The notes under the pieces are model-generated. The model searched no databases. It saw only the letters and a program-made list of their open reading frames with translations, and was not told the DNA's origin. Both the position numbers and the translations under genes were made by a program. A stretch of DNA of 64,000 nt, taken from positions 32,001 to 96,000 of the IMG/VR virus record IMGVR_UViG_3300044970_000539. One strand, 5' to 3'. The DNA comes from a virus. Shown one piece after another: positions 9,914 through 19,310 of the stretch. Within the stretch, counting starts at the first letter, position 1. The number at the start of each line of letters is the position of its first letter.

Positions 9914-10238
9914 AAAAAGATATACATCAGATGAACTAGATGCACGACTAAAGTTTTTTCTTGGTATGACACTAGGAACAATCTTGTTGTTTACAACAAT
10001 GGGTATCTTGTATGCCCTTGTTTTTGTAACACAGCCAATTGGAGAGCAGTCAGAAAATGACAAGATGTTCTTCAATGTATTATCATCTGTTGCAACATTT
10101 ATTACTGGCACACTTGCTGGTATTTTAATTGGCAAAAATGGCGGGGGTTCAGATAACTCACAGCCTAATCAAGTATCTGAGCCTATGACTAATAGTGTTG
10201 TAGATGATCTTGATGACATTGATGATTTTATTGAATAA
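9906..10238 (+). CDS. two-TM membrane protein
   Basis: Two hydrophobic segments and an acidic tail. Confidence 0.7.
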   Translation: MSKKRYTSDELDARLKFFLGMTLGTILLFTTMGILYALVFVTQPIGEQSENDKMFFNVLSSVATFITGTLAGILIGKNGGGSDNSQPNQVSEPMTNSVVDDLDDIDDFIE

Positions 10239-10313
10239 ATAATACATTACTTGACGGCCCTCTTTGGGCAATGGTATACTTGATTATAACCTATCTGGAG
10301 AGGGCCTACAATT

Positions 10314-11030
10314 TTGTATAATCCGAATTCTGTTCCAAGTTTTTTTATTAAAGAAGCATCTTCTGGAACTGTAAAAATTGAAAAATATATGAATAGTTTT
10401 GGTCTTTATAATAATAACAAGCAATGGATGTGTTATCTTAACCATGACTCTGTTATTAAAGAAATGTATTCTTCTTATGATCTAGCACATGGAGACGTTA
10501 TTGTTTCTGGTTTAGGGTTTGGAATACTTGCTTTATGGCTTTGCAGTAAGGAAGAAGTAGATAGCGTTACAGTTATAGAATTTTCATCAGATGTTATAAA
10601 ATTATTTAAAGATTCAAACATTGTTCCAGATAAATTAAACATTGTTAATGCTGATATAAGAAGTTATAATACAGATATAAAGTATGACGTAATGTTGTTA
10701 GATCACCATGAACTGGAAGACTTTGATTTTAGGTTATTTGACATTGAAGAAATTTCTAACAGAATTAAACATAAGTATATGTGGTCTTGGTCTTTAGAAT
10801 TAATGTACATATTTAAAATGTATGCAAATGAAGATCATAAAGTCCAAGAGAGCCTATGGTACGATCTAACAATTAAATGCGAAAAAGACTTTAGTACACT
10901 CTGGAATGATTTTGTAGATAATTTTTTTCCTAAAGAAGAAATGCTAAAAAATATAAGCAATCAAAAAATAAATGAGTATGTGTATACATACTATAGCCCG
11001 AAATTTACCAAGTTTGACTTTTTAAAGTGA
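10314..11030 (+). CDS. SAM-dependent methyltransferase-like protein
   Basis: GDVIVSGLGFG motif I, VTVIE, IVNAD, YDVMLLD; TTG start. Confidence 0.65.
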   Translation: MYNPNSVPSFFIKEASSGTVKIEKYMNSFGLYNNNKQWMCYLNHDSVIKEMYSSYDLAHGDVIVSGLGFGILALWLCSKEEVDSVTVIEFSSDVIKLFKDSNIVPDKLNIVNADIRSYNTDIKYDVMLLDHHELEDFDFRLFDIEEISNRIKHKYMWSWSLELMYIFKMYANEDHKVQESLWYDLTIKCEKDFSTLWNDFVDNFFPKEEMLKNISNQKINEYVYTYYSPKFTKFDFLK

Positions 11031-11073
11031 GAACGGTATACTTAAATATACCTAATCTGGGAGGGGTTTTGTC

Positions 11074-11598
11074 ATGACTTGCATTGTCGCTCTGCGCCAT
11101 GAAGAAAAAGTTTATATGGCAGGAGATCGTGGAGCATCAGATGATGGAGTTATCCTTTCACTTGAATCGCCAAAGGTTTGGAAAGTTGGACCCTATCTAA
11201 TTGGATATGCTGGCTCAATGGACGGGGATAGAATAAGACACAACTTCAGACCATCAGCACCTAACATTAAAGACACAGATAGGTTTATGCACACAAAGTT
11301 TATTAAAGAACTTCGTGAATTCTATAATGAGTTCTGGATTGACACATCTAAAGAAGGTGAACTTAGTTTAATTATTGGTATTCGTGGAGAAATCTATGAG
11401 CATAGTTCTGGAGATATGTCTTTATCTAAATACTCTTTGCCATATATGTCTATTGGTTCTGGAGCAGAGTACGCTTATGGGGTTTTGTATGCAACAGATA
11501 AACAAAAAAATGCAAGGAACAGAGTAATTCAAGCAGTATCAGCAGCAATTAAATTTAACCCATCATGCATGGGTCCAATTGACATCATAAGTGCCTAG
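11074..11598 (+). CDS. HslV/proteasome-beta-like Ntn peptidase
   Basis: M-T-CIVA N-terminal Thr, AGD, PKV, IGYAGS, SIGSGA. Confidence 0.8.
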   Translation: MTCIVALRHEEKVYMAGDRGASDDGVILSLESPKVWKVGPYLIGYAGSMDGDRIRHNFRPSAPNIKDTDRFMHTKFIKELREFYNEFWIDTSKEGELSLIIGIRGEIYEHSSGDMSLSKYSLPYMSIGSGAEYAYGVLYATDKQKNARNRVIQAVSAAIKFNPSCMGPIDIISA

Positions 11599-11613
11599 GA
11601 GTATACTTAGTAT

Positions 11614-11835
11614 ATGAACGAAGAATTTGAAGAGATCCTAAAGGACATTCAGAATATAGAGTCAAATTTTGATGAGTTTGAAATTTGGCTTGAAAACGGA
11701 ATTGAACGGGGATGGGTAACTGAACCGTTCTGTAATACTCATGAGGGTGATCCCTATATGAATGAAGAAGAACAGAAGGAATGGGAAGAGGGCGGAGACC
11801 CTTGCCAAGTAGTAATTAAAATCAAAGAAAACTAA
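11614..11835 (+). CDS. acidic hypothetical protein (leaderless)
   Basis: TATACT-N6-ATG; C.TH.G...DPC motif. Confidence 0.7.
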   Translation: MNEEFEEILKDIQNIESNFDEFEIWLENGIERGWVTEPFCNTHEGDPYMNEEEQKEWEEGGDPCQVVIKIKEN

Positions 11836-11847
11836 CAAGGAGAAACA

Positions 11848-12726
11848 ATGAAGAAAATCGCAGTGGGAATTATTGCAGTACTTAGTTTAGTATTGCTACA
11901 ACCAGTACAAGCACAACCAAATAAATCAATTGTTATTATTGATACAGCAATTGATTCATCTATTCCACAACTAAAGGCAAAACTTGTACAGGAAGTTTGT
12001 ATTCTTGGAAGCATGGTTTGTCCAAATGGTCAAAAATTCCAAGAAGGTACTGGAGCAGCAACTCTTCCATCAGCACAAGCACTAAAGGGTGGATTTGAAC
12101 ATGGAACGATTATGGCACTTATTGCTAATAAGGTTAATCCAGATGTTGATCTTATCTTTATCAGAATTGCTGGTATGACAAAGCGTGGAACAATGGATAC
12201 ATATAGTATTACTGAAGTGGAAAAGGCTCTTACATGGGTAGTCAACAACAAGCAAAAGTACAATATTGTTTCAGTTTCTGCTTCACAAGGAAACCATAAT
12301 ATAAGAACTGGACTAAATTATTGCCCAATTAGAGCAACTCATTCACAACTTATTGGAAACATTGATAAGTTGTCTTCCGTTGGAGTTGCAACCATGTTTG
12401 CTGCTGGAAACCAAAGAGACTATTCAAGAATTAACTTTCCAGCATGTATTACACAGGCTGTAGCAGTAGGTGGAGCAACAGAAGATAATGCAATGGCTCC
12501 ATACTCAAATGCTGCACCAGAGGTAGACTTTTACGCTCTTGGAGCATTTGACACACAGGTTGGTAGGTCAGTTGGAACATCTGCAGCAACTGCAGCATTT
12601 TCTGCACACTGGGCTAAAAATTACAAGGGTACATATCAATCAACTTATGATTACTTTGTATCAGTATCTAAGTCAGCAGTAGGAAGATCAACTACAACTA
12701 ATAGGCTTGTAAGTCTTTTAGGTTAA
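11848..12726 (+). CDS. secreted subtilisin-like S8 serine peptidase
   Basis: Signal peptide; triad IIDTAID / HGT / GTSAA; oxyanion AAGN. Confidence 0.88.
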   Translation: MKKIAVGIIAVLSLVLLQPVQAQPNKSIVIIDTAIDSSIPQLKAKLVQEVCILGSMVCPNGQKFQEGTGAATLPSAQALKGGFEHGTIMALIANKVNPDVDLIFIRIAGMTKRGTMDTYSITEVEKALTWVVNNKQKYNIVSVSASQGNHNIRTGLNYCPIRATHSQLIGNIDKLSSVGVATMFAAGNQRDYSRINFPACITQAVAVGGATEDNAMAPYSNAAPEVDFYALGAFDTQVGRSVGTSAATAAFSAHWAKNYKGTYQSTYDYFVSVSKSAVGRSTTTNRLVSLLG

Positions 12727-12733
12727 TTGGTTT

Positions 12734-12806
12734 TGGTCTGTAACTCAGATGGTAGAGTGCCGAACTGTTAATTCGGATGTCGCAGGATCGATACCTGCCA
12801 GACCAG
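12734..12806 (+). tRNA. trnN: tRNA-Asn(GTT)
   Basis: Acceptor TGGTCTG/CAGACCA, anticodon arm CCGAA-CTGTTAA-TTCGG. Confidence 0.92.
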
Positions 12807-12811
12807 CAAAA

Positions 12812-12885
12812 GCGAGTGTTGCATAATGGTAGTGCTTCTGCCTTCCAAGCAGATGGTGCCAGTTCAATTCTGGTCACTCGCTCCA
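12812..12885 (+). tRNA. trnG: tRNA-Gly(TCC)
   Basis: GCGAGTG/CACTCGC, TCTGC-CTTCCAA-GCAGA, encoded CCA. Confidence 0.93.
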
Positions 12886-12886
12886 G

Positions 12887-12958
12887 GGCCCTATCTTCTA
12901 GTGGTTAGGATACCAGGCTTTCATCTTGGTGAGCAGAGTTCAATTCTCTGTAGGGCTA
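12887..12958 (+). tRNA. trnE: tRNA-Glu(TTC)
   Basis: GGCCCTA/TAGGGCT, CCAGG-CTTTCAT-CTTGG, GTTCAATT T-loop. Confidence 0.9.
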
Positions 12959-13032
12959 CAAAAGTTTGATATAATATATATGTACCTGCCAAATGGGGGT
13001 ACATTAACTTATTCGCTTGAAAGGGGAATAAA

Positions 13033-13461
13033 ATGGTAGTAACACATGCAATGGATCTATTCAATGATCCTTTTTTTATTGGGTTTAACAGAGAGTTAGC
13101 CCGTTTGAATACAGCACATAAAACAAATTCACAATCATACCCTCCGTATGATCTTCTTAAACTAGATGAAGATACATATAGAATCTCTTTGGCTGTTGCT
13201 GGATTTTCCAGGGAAAATATTGATATCTCAGTAGACAATGGAACTCTTATTATTAAGGGTGAGATTGTAGAGGTAGTAGACGCTGAAGTGGTTCATAAGG
13301 GCATTGCTGGTCGTAAATTTGTACGATCATTTGCTCTTGGAGAATATATGGAAGTAACTGGTGCAGAAATGAAGGATGGTATGCTGCATATTAATGTAGA
13401 TCGTATTATTCCTGAAGATAAAAAGCCAAAAACTATTGAAATCAAACTTGCTAAAAAGTAG
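13033..13461 (+). CDS. small heat shock protein (Hsp20/IbpA family)
   Basis: SYPPYDL, LAVAGF, HKGIAGRKFVRSFAL, A.MKDGML.I. Confidence 0.92.
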   Translation: MVVTHAMDLFNDPFFIGFNRELARLNTAHKTNSQSYPPYDLLKLDEDTYRISLAVAGFSRENIDISVDNGTLIIKGEIVEVVDAEVVHKGIAGRKFVRSFALGEYMEVTGAEMKDGMLHINVDRIIPEDKKPKTIEIKLAKK

Positions 13462-13482
13462 TATATAGGCTATAATTGTATA

Positions 13483-13512
13483 AGAGACCTAGGCATGTCT
13501 TTATAAACTGCC
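13483..13512 (+). ncRNA. H-type pseudoknot motif, copy at the 5' end of the endolysin transcript
   Basis: AGAGAC-CTAGGCAT-GTCTTT-ATAAAC-TGCC, directly after TATAAT 13471-13476. Confidence 0.55.
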
Positions 13513-13534
13513 CCTTAATATTAGGAGATAAAAA

Positions 13535-14338
13535 ATGGCAGCAAAGGGTAGTCTAGAAGCAATCATTGAGGTTGCAAAGAAAGAAGTAGGAACTATTGAA
13601 GGTCCTAAAGATAACGAGACAAAGTATGGTAAATGGACTGGAATGAACTTCCAACCGTGGTGCCAATCATTTGTTTCGTGGTGTGCATTCACATCTGGTT
13701 TAGATGCAAAGAAGTATCCAAAGTCTGCATCAACAGTAGCAGCATCAGATTGGTTTAAAAAGAATGATCGCTGGGCAGATGCTCGTAATGATGATCCAAC
13801 TCCAGGAGACTGGATTTATTTTGATTTTCCAGAAGATGGTGTAAACCGTATTTCACATGTTGGTATTTGTATTAAAAATAATGGAAACGGAACTATCCAA
13901 GTTATTGAAGGCAACACTTCAGGAACTGCAAAGGGAGACCAAAGAAATGGCGGAATGTGCGTAGAAAAGACTCGTGCATACGTTAAGGAAAATAAGTTAA
14001 AACTTATCAATGGAATTGTTGGTTGGGGTCGTCCAGTTTATGCTGGTGAAGAAAACCTTCCACTTCTTTCTAAGGTTGGATCATCTGATGCTCCAGTTAA
14101 AAAATCTGCTCCAGCCTCTTCAACACCTTCAGCACCTGCAGTTAAGAAAGAGTTTAAGCAGTTTAAAGAAGGAGCAAAAGGTTCACCTGTTAAAAAGATT
14201 CAAGAAGCACTTGGCTTAAAGGCTGATGGAGTTTTTGGTCCAGGAACATCTAAAGCAGTTAAAGATTTTCAATCTAAGTCTAAACTTCCAGCAACTGGAA
14301 TTGTAGATTTAAAAACATATAAGGCTATTTTGAAGTAA
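13535..14338 (+). CDS. CHAP amidase/endolysin with C-terminal peptidoglycan-binding domain
   Basis: PWCQSFVSW, SHVGI, IEGNT; C-terminal IQEALGL.ADGVFGP.T..AVK.FQ. Confidence 0.88.
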   Translation: MAAKGSLEAIIEVAKKEVGTIEGPKDNETKYGKWTGMNFQPWCQSFVSWCAFTSGLDAKKYPKSASTVAASDWFKKNDRWADARNDDPTPGDWIYFDFPEDGVNRISHVGICIKNNGNGTIQVIEGNTSGTAKGDQRNGGMCVEKTRAYVKENKLKLINGIVGWGRPVYAGEENLPLLSKVGSSDAPVKKSAPASSTPSAPAVKKEFKQFKEGAKGSPVKKIQEALGLKADGVFGPGTSKAVKDFQSKSKLPATGIVDLKTYKAILK

Positions 14339-14523
14339 TGCCAGTATATGAATACAAATGCACAGGACAATGTTCTGAAATTGTAATCAAACAAAGATCT
14401 ATTAAGGATAGCGATCCAGGGTATGAGTGTGAAACTTGCACTCTACCACTGGAACGTGTATACTCTAATGTAACAGCAGTATTCAACGGTAGTGGATTTT
14501 ATTCCACTGATAACAGAAAGTAG
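14338..14523 (+). CDS. FmdB-family zinc-ribbon protein
   Basis: MPVYEYKC..C...C..C...F.GSGFYSTD. Confidence 0.85.
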   Translation: MPVYEYKCTGQCSEIVIKQRSIKDSDPGYECETCTLPLERVYSNVTAVFNGSGFYSTDNRK

Positions 14524-14532
14524 CGGTATACT

Positions 14533-14787
14533 ATGAACATGACAATGACAAAAGAAGTTGTTCAAGAAGAGTGGATTTTAAATGCAACAGACAGATGTGA
14601 TGCTTGTGCAGCAGAAGCCCTTGTAAAGGTAACTGGATTATCTGGAGACTTAATGTTTTGTGGACATCACTACAACAAGATTATGGATAATAAAGAAGGG
14701 TATAAGAAGATGATTTCTTTTGCACTTTCAGTTGTTGATGAACGACATAAACTTATTGAAAACAAGTCAAAGGGGCAAGATTACTAA
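14533..14787 (+). CDS. hypothetical Zn-binding protein
   Basis: DRCDAC...FCGHH; probable leaderless start at 14539. Confidence 0.7.
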   Translation: MNMTMTKEVVQEEWILNATDRCDACAAEALVKVTGLSGDLMFCGHHYNKIMDNKEGYKKMISFALSVVDERHKLIENKSKGQDY

Positions 14788-15194
14788 TGTATGAATACTA
14801 TGTAAGAAAAGTAGAGAACGTAGTAGATGGAGACACTATTGACGTTATTATTGATTTAGGGTTTGATATCTTGTTTGCATCTCGTGTAAGGTTGGCTGGG
14901 ATCGATACCCCAGAGTCTCGCACAAAAGATCTTGCTGAAAAGGCTCTTGGACTTGAAGCCAAGGAGTACTTAAAGAAGTCTTTAAAGGACGCTAAGTCTG
15001 TTGTTATTAAGACTGAGAAGATGGACTCATCTGAAAAGTATGGTCGTATTTTAGGTTGGGTATATGTAGATGACAACACTGTTTCACTTAACGACATGAT
15101 GATTAATGATGGCTATGCCTGGGGATATCTTGGAGATACAAAGGTTAAAGATTTTACAGCCCTTGCAAAAGCCAGAAAAAAGTCTGGAAAATGA
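14787..15194 (+). CDS. thermonuclease (SNase-like)
   Basis: VVDGDT, RVRLAGIDTPE, KYGRILG. Confidence 0.9.
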   Translation: MYEYYVRKVENVVDGDTIDVIIDLGFDILFASRVRLAGIDTPESRTKDLAEKALGLEAKEYLKKSLKDAKSVVIKTEKMDSSEKYGRILGWVYVDDNTVSLNDMMINDGYAWGYLGDTKVKDFTALAKARKKSGK

Positions 15195-16048
15195 AAAAAA
15201 ATTTAACTTTGGCAAAAATAATAAAAGAAAATAGTTTTTCTAATTTTACAGAATTTGAAAAAATAATATCAATGAAATACACTAATTTTTTTAACGCCAA
15301 AATAAAAGAAAAAGAACTTAATAAAAATTTTATAGAACCAAATAATTTAATTTTTATGAATGATGGATATGCAGAAATAGACGAAAATGGTTATCCTTAC
15401 GATTCACAAAAAATAAAAAATATTTTATTAAATCCAAAATTTATTCAATTTAAATATCAAATAAATTTATACAAAAGATTATTAAATTTTGCTGATATTC
15501 AAAACAATAAAAATGTAAAAGTTTTAATAGATGTAGGTTGCGGTAAAGGTGGAGGAATTTCTTTTTATAAACAGTTTTATAATTTTGATAAATGTATTGG
15601 AATTGATTTAACTAAAATAAATATAGAGTTAGCAAAACAACACGAAAAAAATGTTTCTTTTTATGTTGCTTCTGCAACTAATCTTCCTATAAATGATAAA
15701 ACAGTAGATGTAATCACATCTGTTGAATCTTTGATGTATTACGACCCACTTATCAAATTTATTGAAGAGGCTAGGCGAGTTCTAAAAAACAATGGGAAAT
15801 TTTTAATATCAATGCCATTGACCGAACAAGAAGAAAATAACTTAGAAGAGTCATTTACTAACAATGGGTTTATATTAAGTAAAAAAGAAGATATAACAGA
15901 AAATGTAAGAATGGCTTGTGCAATATCAAAAAATAGGTTTAGAAATTCTTCATTTCAAGAATCAGAAATTATGAGAAATGATGAAGAGAGATATTTCAAC
16001 AAAACCGTATTTTACAAAAATTTTGTATTTATTAAAAAGGGCGATTAA
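15191..16048 (+). CDS. class I SAM-dependent methyltransferase (very AT-rich)
   Basis: LIDVGCGKGGG, GIDL, A.NLP....VDVI, RVLK..G. Confidence 0.85.
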   Translation: MKKNLTLAKIIKENSFSNFTEFEKIISMKYTNFFNAKIKEKELNKNFIEPNNLIFMNDGYAEIDENGYPYDSQKIKNILLNPKFIQFKYQINLYKRLLNFADIQNNKNVKVLIDVGCGKGGGISFYKQFYNFDKCIGIDLTKINIELAKQHEKNVSFYVASATNLPINDKTVDVITSVESLMYYDPLIKFIEEARRVLKNNGKFLISMPLTEQEENNLEESFTNNGFILSKKEDITENVRMACAISKNRFRNSSFQESEIMRNDEERYFNKTVFYKNFVFIKKGD

Positions 16049-16050
16049 AA

Positions 16051-16278
16051 TTGATGGATATAAAAAGTCAAGCCTTATTAGAGCATTTAATTATTCAAGG
16101 TGCAATTGAGATATCTGGTATTGATCAATCTGGTGAGATGACATACTCAATTACTGATAAGTTACAAGAGGTTCATCCAGAACTATACATGCAACTTAAA
16201 GATGAGTTTGAACATAACATGTTTGAAATGATAGATCAAGGACCAAAGGTTATGACGTGGAAGATTAGGACAAGATAA
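16051..16278 (+). CDS. hypothetical protein, paralog of 16529-16858
   Basis: LIIQGAIEISGID...YSITDKLQEVHPELY. Confidence 0.7.
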   Translation: MMDIKSQALLEHLIIQGAIEISGIDQSGEMTYSITDKLQEVHPELYMQLKDEFEHNMFEMIDQGPKVMTWKIRTR

Positions 16279-16536
16279 ATGAATATGATTCTTTATTTTA
16301 CTGCTGATTGGTGTAACCCTTGTAAAAAAACAAAGCCAATTGTTGAAGAGTTAAATCGTGAACAAATTATGGCTAAATTCTTTATAGTTGACGTTGATTC
16401 AGAGATTGAGATGACTAAAGATTTTGAGATTAGATCTGTTCCTACTTTTGTAGTAATGAAGGATAATACTGAGATTTATCGTGTAACTGGTGCACAAACA
16501 AGGCAACAGTTAGAGGAGTTAATTAGATATGAATAA
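16279..16536 (+). CDS. thioredoxin
   Basis: FTADWCNPCK, VDVD, IRSVPT. Confidence 0.9.
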   Translation: MNMILYFTADWCNPCKKTKPIVEELNREQIMAKFFIVDVDSEIEMTKDFEIRSVPTFVVMKDNTEIYRVTGAQTRQQLEELIRYE

Positions 16537-16858
16537 CAATGAAGATGAACTAATCAAAAATCTTATACTTGAAGGTGCCCTAGAAGTGGCTGGAGTAGAT
16601 TCAGAAACAAATGAACTTTTGTATACTATTACTCCAAAAATGCAAGAGGTCATGCCAGATATGTATGAAGACCACCTAACTCAAGTAAATAGGGATCTTT
16701 TAAATTTATGGGAAAAGGGTTATGTTAATATTGATTTTTTACTAGCAGATCCAGTAGTTACAATATCTGAAAAAGGTCTTGATAAGGCTGAGGTTGCTAA
16801 ATTAACCAAGCCAGAAATCTGGGCACTAGAAGAGGTAAAGAGATTACTAAAAAGGTAA
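16529..16858 (+). CDS. hypothetical protein, paralog of 16051-16278
   Basis: LILEGALEVAGVD...YTITPKMQEVMPDMY. Confidence 0.7.
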   Translation: MNNNEDELIKNLILEGALEVAGVDSETNELLYTITPKMQEVMPDMYEDHLTQVNRDLLNLWEKGYVNIDFLLADPVVTISEKGLDKAEVAKLTKPEIWALEEVKRLLKR

Positions 16859-16896
16859 AGTCTGATATAATCAGTATATAAACTAGGAGGATTGTT

Positions 16897-17646
16897 ATGC
16901 CATACAGAGTTGGAGCCAAAGGTTCTTTTGGGTGTTCTGGATACCCTGCACTAAAAGAAGGCACAAATGAAGTTATGGGTTGCCACACAACCCGTGCTGA
17001 GGCTGCTGCACAGATTTATGCAATCAATCGCTCTGAAGGCAACATAGGGAAAAGTATGAATGAAATTAAAGAGGGTGATTTCGTTATGGGAATGACCTCT
17101 GAAGGAATGGTTCACGGAATTGTTGAGCACATTATGATAGAAGGCGGAGTCTATGGGGTTCCTGGAACAGAATATGCAATTCAGTCTATGCCACCAGAAA
17201 ATCCAGCAATGGCTGTTAGAATTTATGAAGAAGAAGATGGTAAGTGGGAGCCAACCGCATATAGTATTGGAATGATGTACAAGGATGCACAGGTTGTAGA
17301 TATAAACAACCACACTATGGAAGATGATAAAGAAGAAATGGATTCAGAAGTTGCAATGGCAATGTATGATTCATCAATTGGAAAATCAGAAGAAAAGGAA
17401 GATGAAATGGAAAAAGCAAAAAAGCCTAACTATGGTGAAATGATTCAACCACGTCGTGGTGGATCAACACCTTCTAATCCAAGACTTTATGCAAGAGTTG
17501 TGCAGGCAGCAAAAGATAAATTTGATGTGTATCCATCTGCAGTTGCAAACTCTTGGGTTGTTCAAGAATACAAGCGTCGTGGTGGAACATATAAGTCTGA
17601 AAAATCAGCAGAGTTGGATAATTTTTGGAATGGATTTTTAAAATAA
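16897..17646 (+). CDS. hypothetical phage protein, possibly virion-associated
   Basis: AGGAGG RBS; C-terminal YPSAVAN.W...YKRRGG.Y motif. Confidence 0.7.
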   Translation: MPYRVGAKGSFGCSGYPALKEGTNEVMGCHTTRAEAAAQIYAINRSEGNIGKSMNEIKEGDFVMGMTSEGMVHGIVEHIMIEGGVYGVPGTEYAIQSMPPENPAMAVRIYEEEDGKWEPTAYSIGMMYKDAQVVDINNHTMEDDKEEMDSEVAMAMYDSSIGKSEEKEDEMEKAKKPNYGEMIQPRRGGSTPSNPRLYARVVQAAKDKFDVYPSAVANSWVVQEYKRRGGTYKSEKSAELDNFWNGFLK

Positions 17647-17780
17647 TGCCAAAGAAAAAAGCACAATCATTTAATGCAACACAAATCAAAGATGGAAAGA
17701 TTGTACGCATGAATAAAAACGGTACAGTTAAATCTATTATTGGTCCTTATGAAGTGAAGCATCCAAAGAAGGGTAAGTAA
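17646..17780 (+). CDS. small basic protein
   Basis: MPKKKAQSF...KKGK 44 aa, TAATG-coupled on both sides. Confidence 0.6.
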   Translation: MPKKKAQSFNATQIKDGKIVRMNKNGTVKSIIGPYEVKHPKKGK

Positions 17781-18151
17781 TGGCAGATACATATTCACCT
17801 AATGCAGGCATGAAGGCTGCTGCAAGACGTGCTTTGAAGTGGAAAGAAGATGGAAAGGCAACAGGGGCTGGAACTCCAGTAGGTTGGGGCAGAGCAACAG
17901 ATATTGTTAGCGGTGCATCTATGTCTCTTGATACTGTCAAAAGAATGTACTCTTTCTTTTCACGTCATGAAGTAGATAAAAAAGGTAAAGGTTTCTTTGA
18001 TGGACCAGAGTTTCCATCAAATGGAAGAATAATGTGGGACGCATGGGGCGGAGATGCAGGTTTTGCATGGAGTCGTGCTATCGTTGAACGTGAAAAAAAT
18101 AAAACAGAAAAGGTTTGGCAAGGAAGTCCATTTAGTTTTAAGGGGGAATAA
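17780..18151 (+). CDS. hypothetical phage protein
   Basis: TVKRMYSFFSRH...WDAWGGDAG..W motif. Confidence 0.75.
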   Translation: MADTYSPNAGMKAAARRALKWKEDGKATGAGTPVGWGRATDIVSGASMSLDTVKRMYSFFSRHEVDKKGKGFFDGPEFPSNGRIMWDAWGGDAGFAWSRAIVEREKNKTEKVWQGSPFSFKGE

Positions 18152-18153
18152 AT

Positions 18154-18333
18154 ATGGAAGATTTAACGATTGATGAATTAAGACAACTTCTGACATTCTA
18201 CAAGCAAAGAGCGTCAGACGTAGAGTTTACATTCTTACAGACACAGATAAAACTAAATAAGTTTATATCTGATCAATTAATTTCAGATCAAAATGTTTCA
18301 AAAAAAGAAACACCAGAAAAAACAACTAAATAA
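18154..18333 (+). CDS. small hypothetical protein
   Basis: MEDLTIDELRQLL... 59 aa with AGGGGG RBS. Confidence 0.6.
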   Translation: MEDLTIDELRQLLTFYKQRASDVEFTFLQTQIKLNKFISDQLISDQNVSKKETPEKTTK

Positions 18334-18345
18334 TTAGGAGAAAAG

Positions 18346-18762
18346 ATGCAGGCTATTTTGATTATCGGCTTGACATTGATCTCTTTTTCGTCTATAATTA
18401 TAGTAATGAACAAAAAAAGAAAAAACTCTTTTAATAAAATACTATATCGTCAAAGCGATATGCATAATATATTAAAGGATTTTTTCTTTAAAGATATTTT
18501 TGATGACAAGGTTGTTACATCTCAGTCTAAAATTTGGAAAGAGAAACAGACAACCAAGGTAGTCATAATAGATCAAAAGGCATATTGGGTATCAAATAAC
18601 ATGTTCTATGTTGGAGATACAGTAGATGGAAAGGTCAGACCAGAAACTGGAAGACCTTTAGATACAACCAAGATGTCAAAAAAAGAAGTAGATAAGATGT
18701 TATTCATCCTGGATAACTTAAAGAATGGGAAACTAAATGATAGTGGCAGTGCAGGGAACTAA
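18346..18762 (+). CDS. membrane-anchored hypothetical protein
   Basis: N-terminal hydrophobic helix, AGGAG RBS. Confidence 0.65.
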   Translation: MQAILIIGLTLISFSSIIIVMNKKRKNSFNKILYRQSDMHNILKDFFFKDIFDDKVVTSQSKIWKEKQTTKVVIIDQKAYWVSNNMFYVGDTVDGKVRPETGRPLDTTKMSKKEVDKMLFILDNLKNGKLNDSGSAGN

Positions 18763-19087
18763 TGAGTTTGATGACTATAATCTATTCCTTCGTGCTATAA
18801 GCGTTGCTTTATCTGGAATGAAAGAAGAAGAAAAAGATTTTATAATTTATTCTGTTGGTCCAACAAGGGTCAACTCTTTTGTTTCAGAGTTTTCAAACCT
18901 TTCAGAAAGAGGAATGAAAGCAAGGGGTCGTAAGATAAAGTTTTATAAAGTTCCAGAAAGTTGGGTACATGACAACATGGACAGCGTAAACTATTTTGCA
19001 TTTCTTAGCAAACCAAAAGAGCCAGTATCCAAACTAACTACTTTTGCAGAATCAAAAAATGTAGAAGTAGGAATATTCCGTTACTAA
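18737..19087 (+). CDS. hypothetical protein
   Basis: 116 aa ORF in operon. Confidence 0.7.
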   Translation: MIVAVQGTNEFDDYNLFLRAISVALSGMKEEEKDFIIYSVGPTRVNSFVSEFSNLSERGMKARGRKIKFYKVPESWVHDNMDSVNYFAFLSKPKEPVSKLTTFAESKNVEVGIFRY

Positions 19088-19100
19088 AAGAAAGAATACA

Positions 19101-19310
19101 ATGATAATTAATTCGTTAGCACAAATGGAAAAGATTGTTTCAAAGAACAAAGAACTTGAATGGGTTGGCTGGGATGTTGTTGAACGCAAGCGATCAGACC
19201 TTGCAAGAACATCACCAAGCGGAGTTCGTGTAAAAAATGCATGGTACCTACAAAAAACTTTTAACCTTAATCGTAATGGTTGGGATATTCCAAACAAATA
19301 CGGTCAGTAA
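19101..19310 (+). CDS. hypothetical protein
   Basis: 69 aa Trp-rich ORF in operon. Confidence 0.7.
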   Translation: MIINSLAQMEKIVSKNKELEWVGWDVVERKRSDLARTSPSGVRVKNAWYLQKTFNLNRNGWDIPNKYGQ

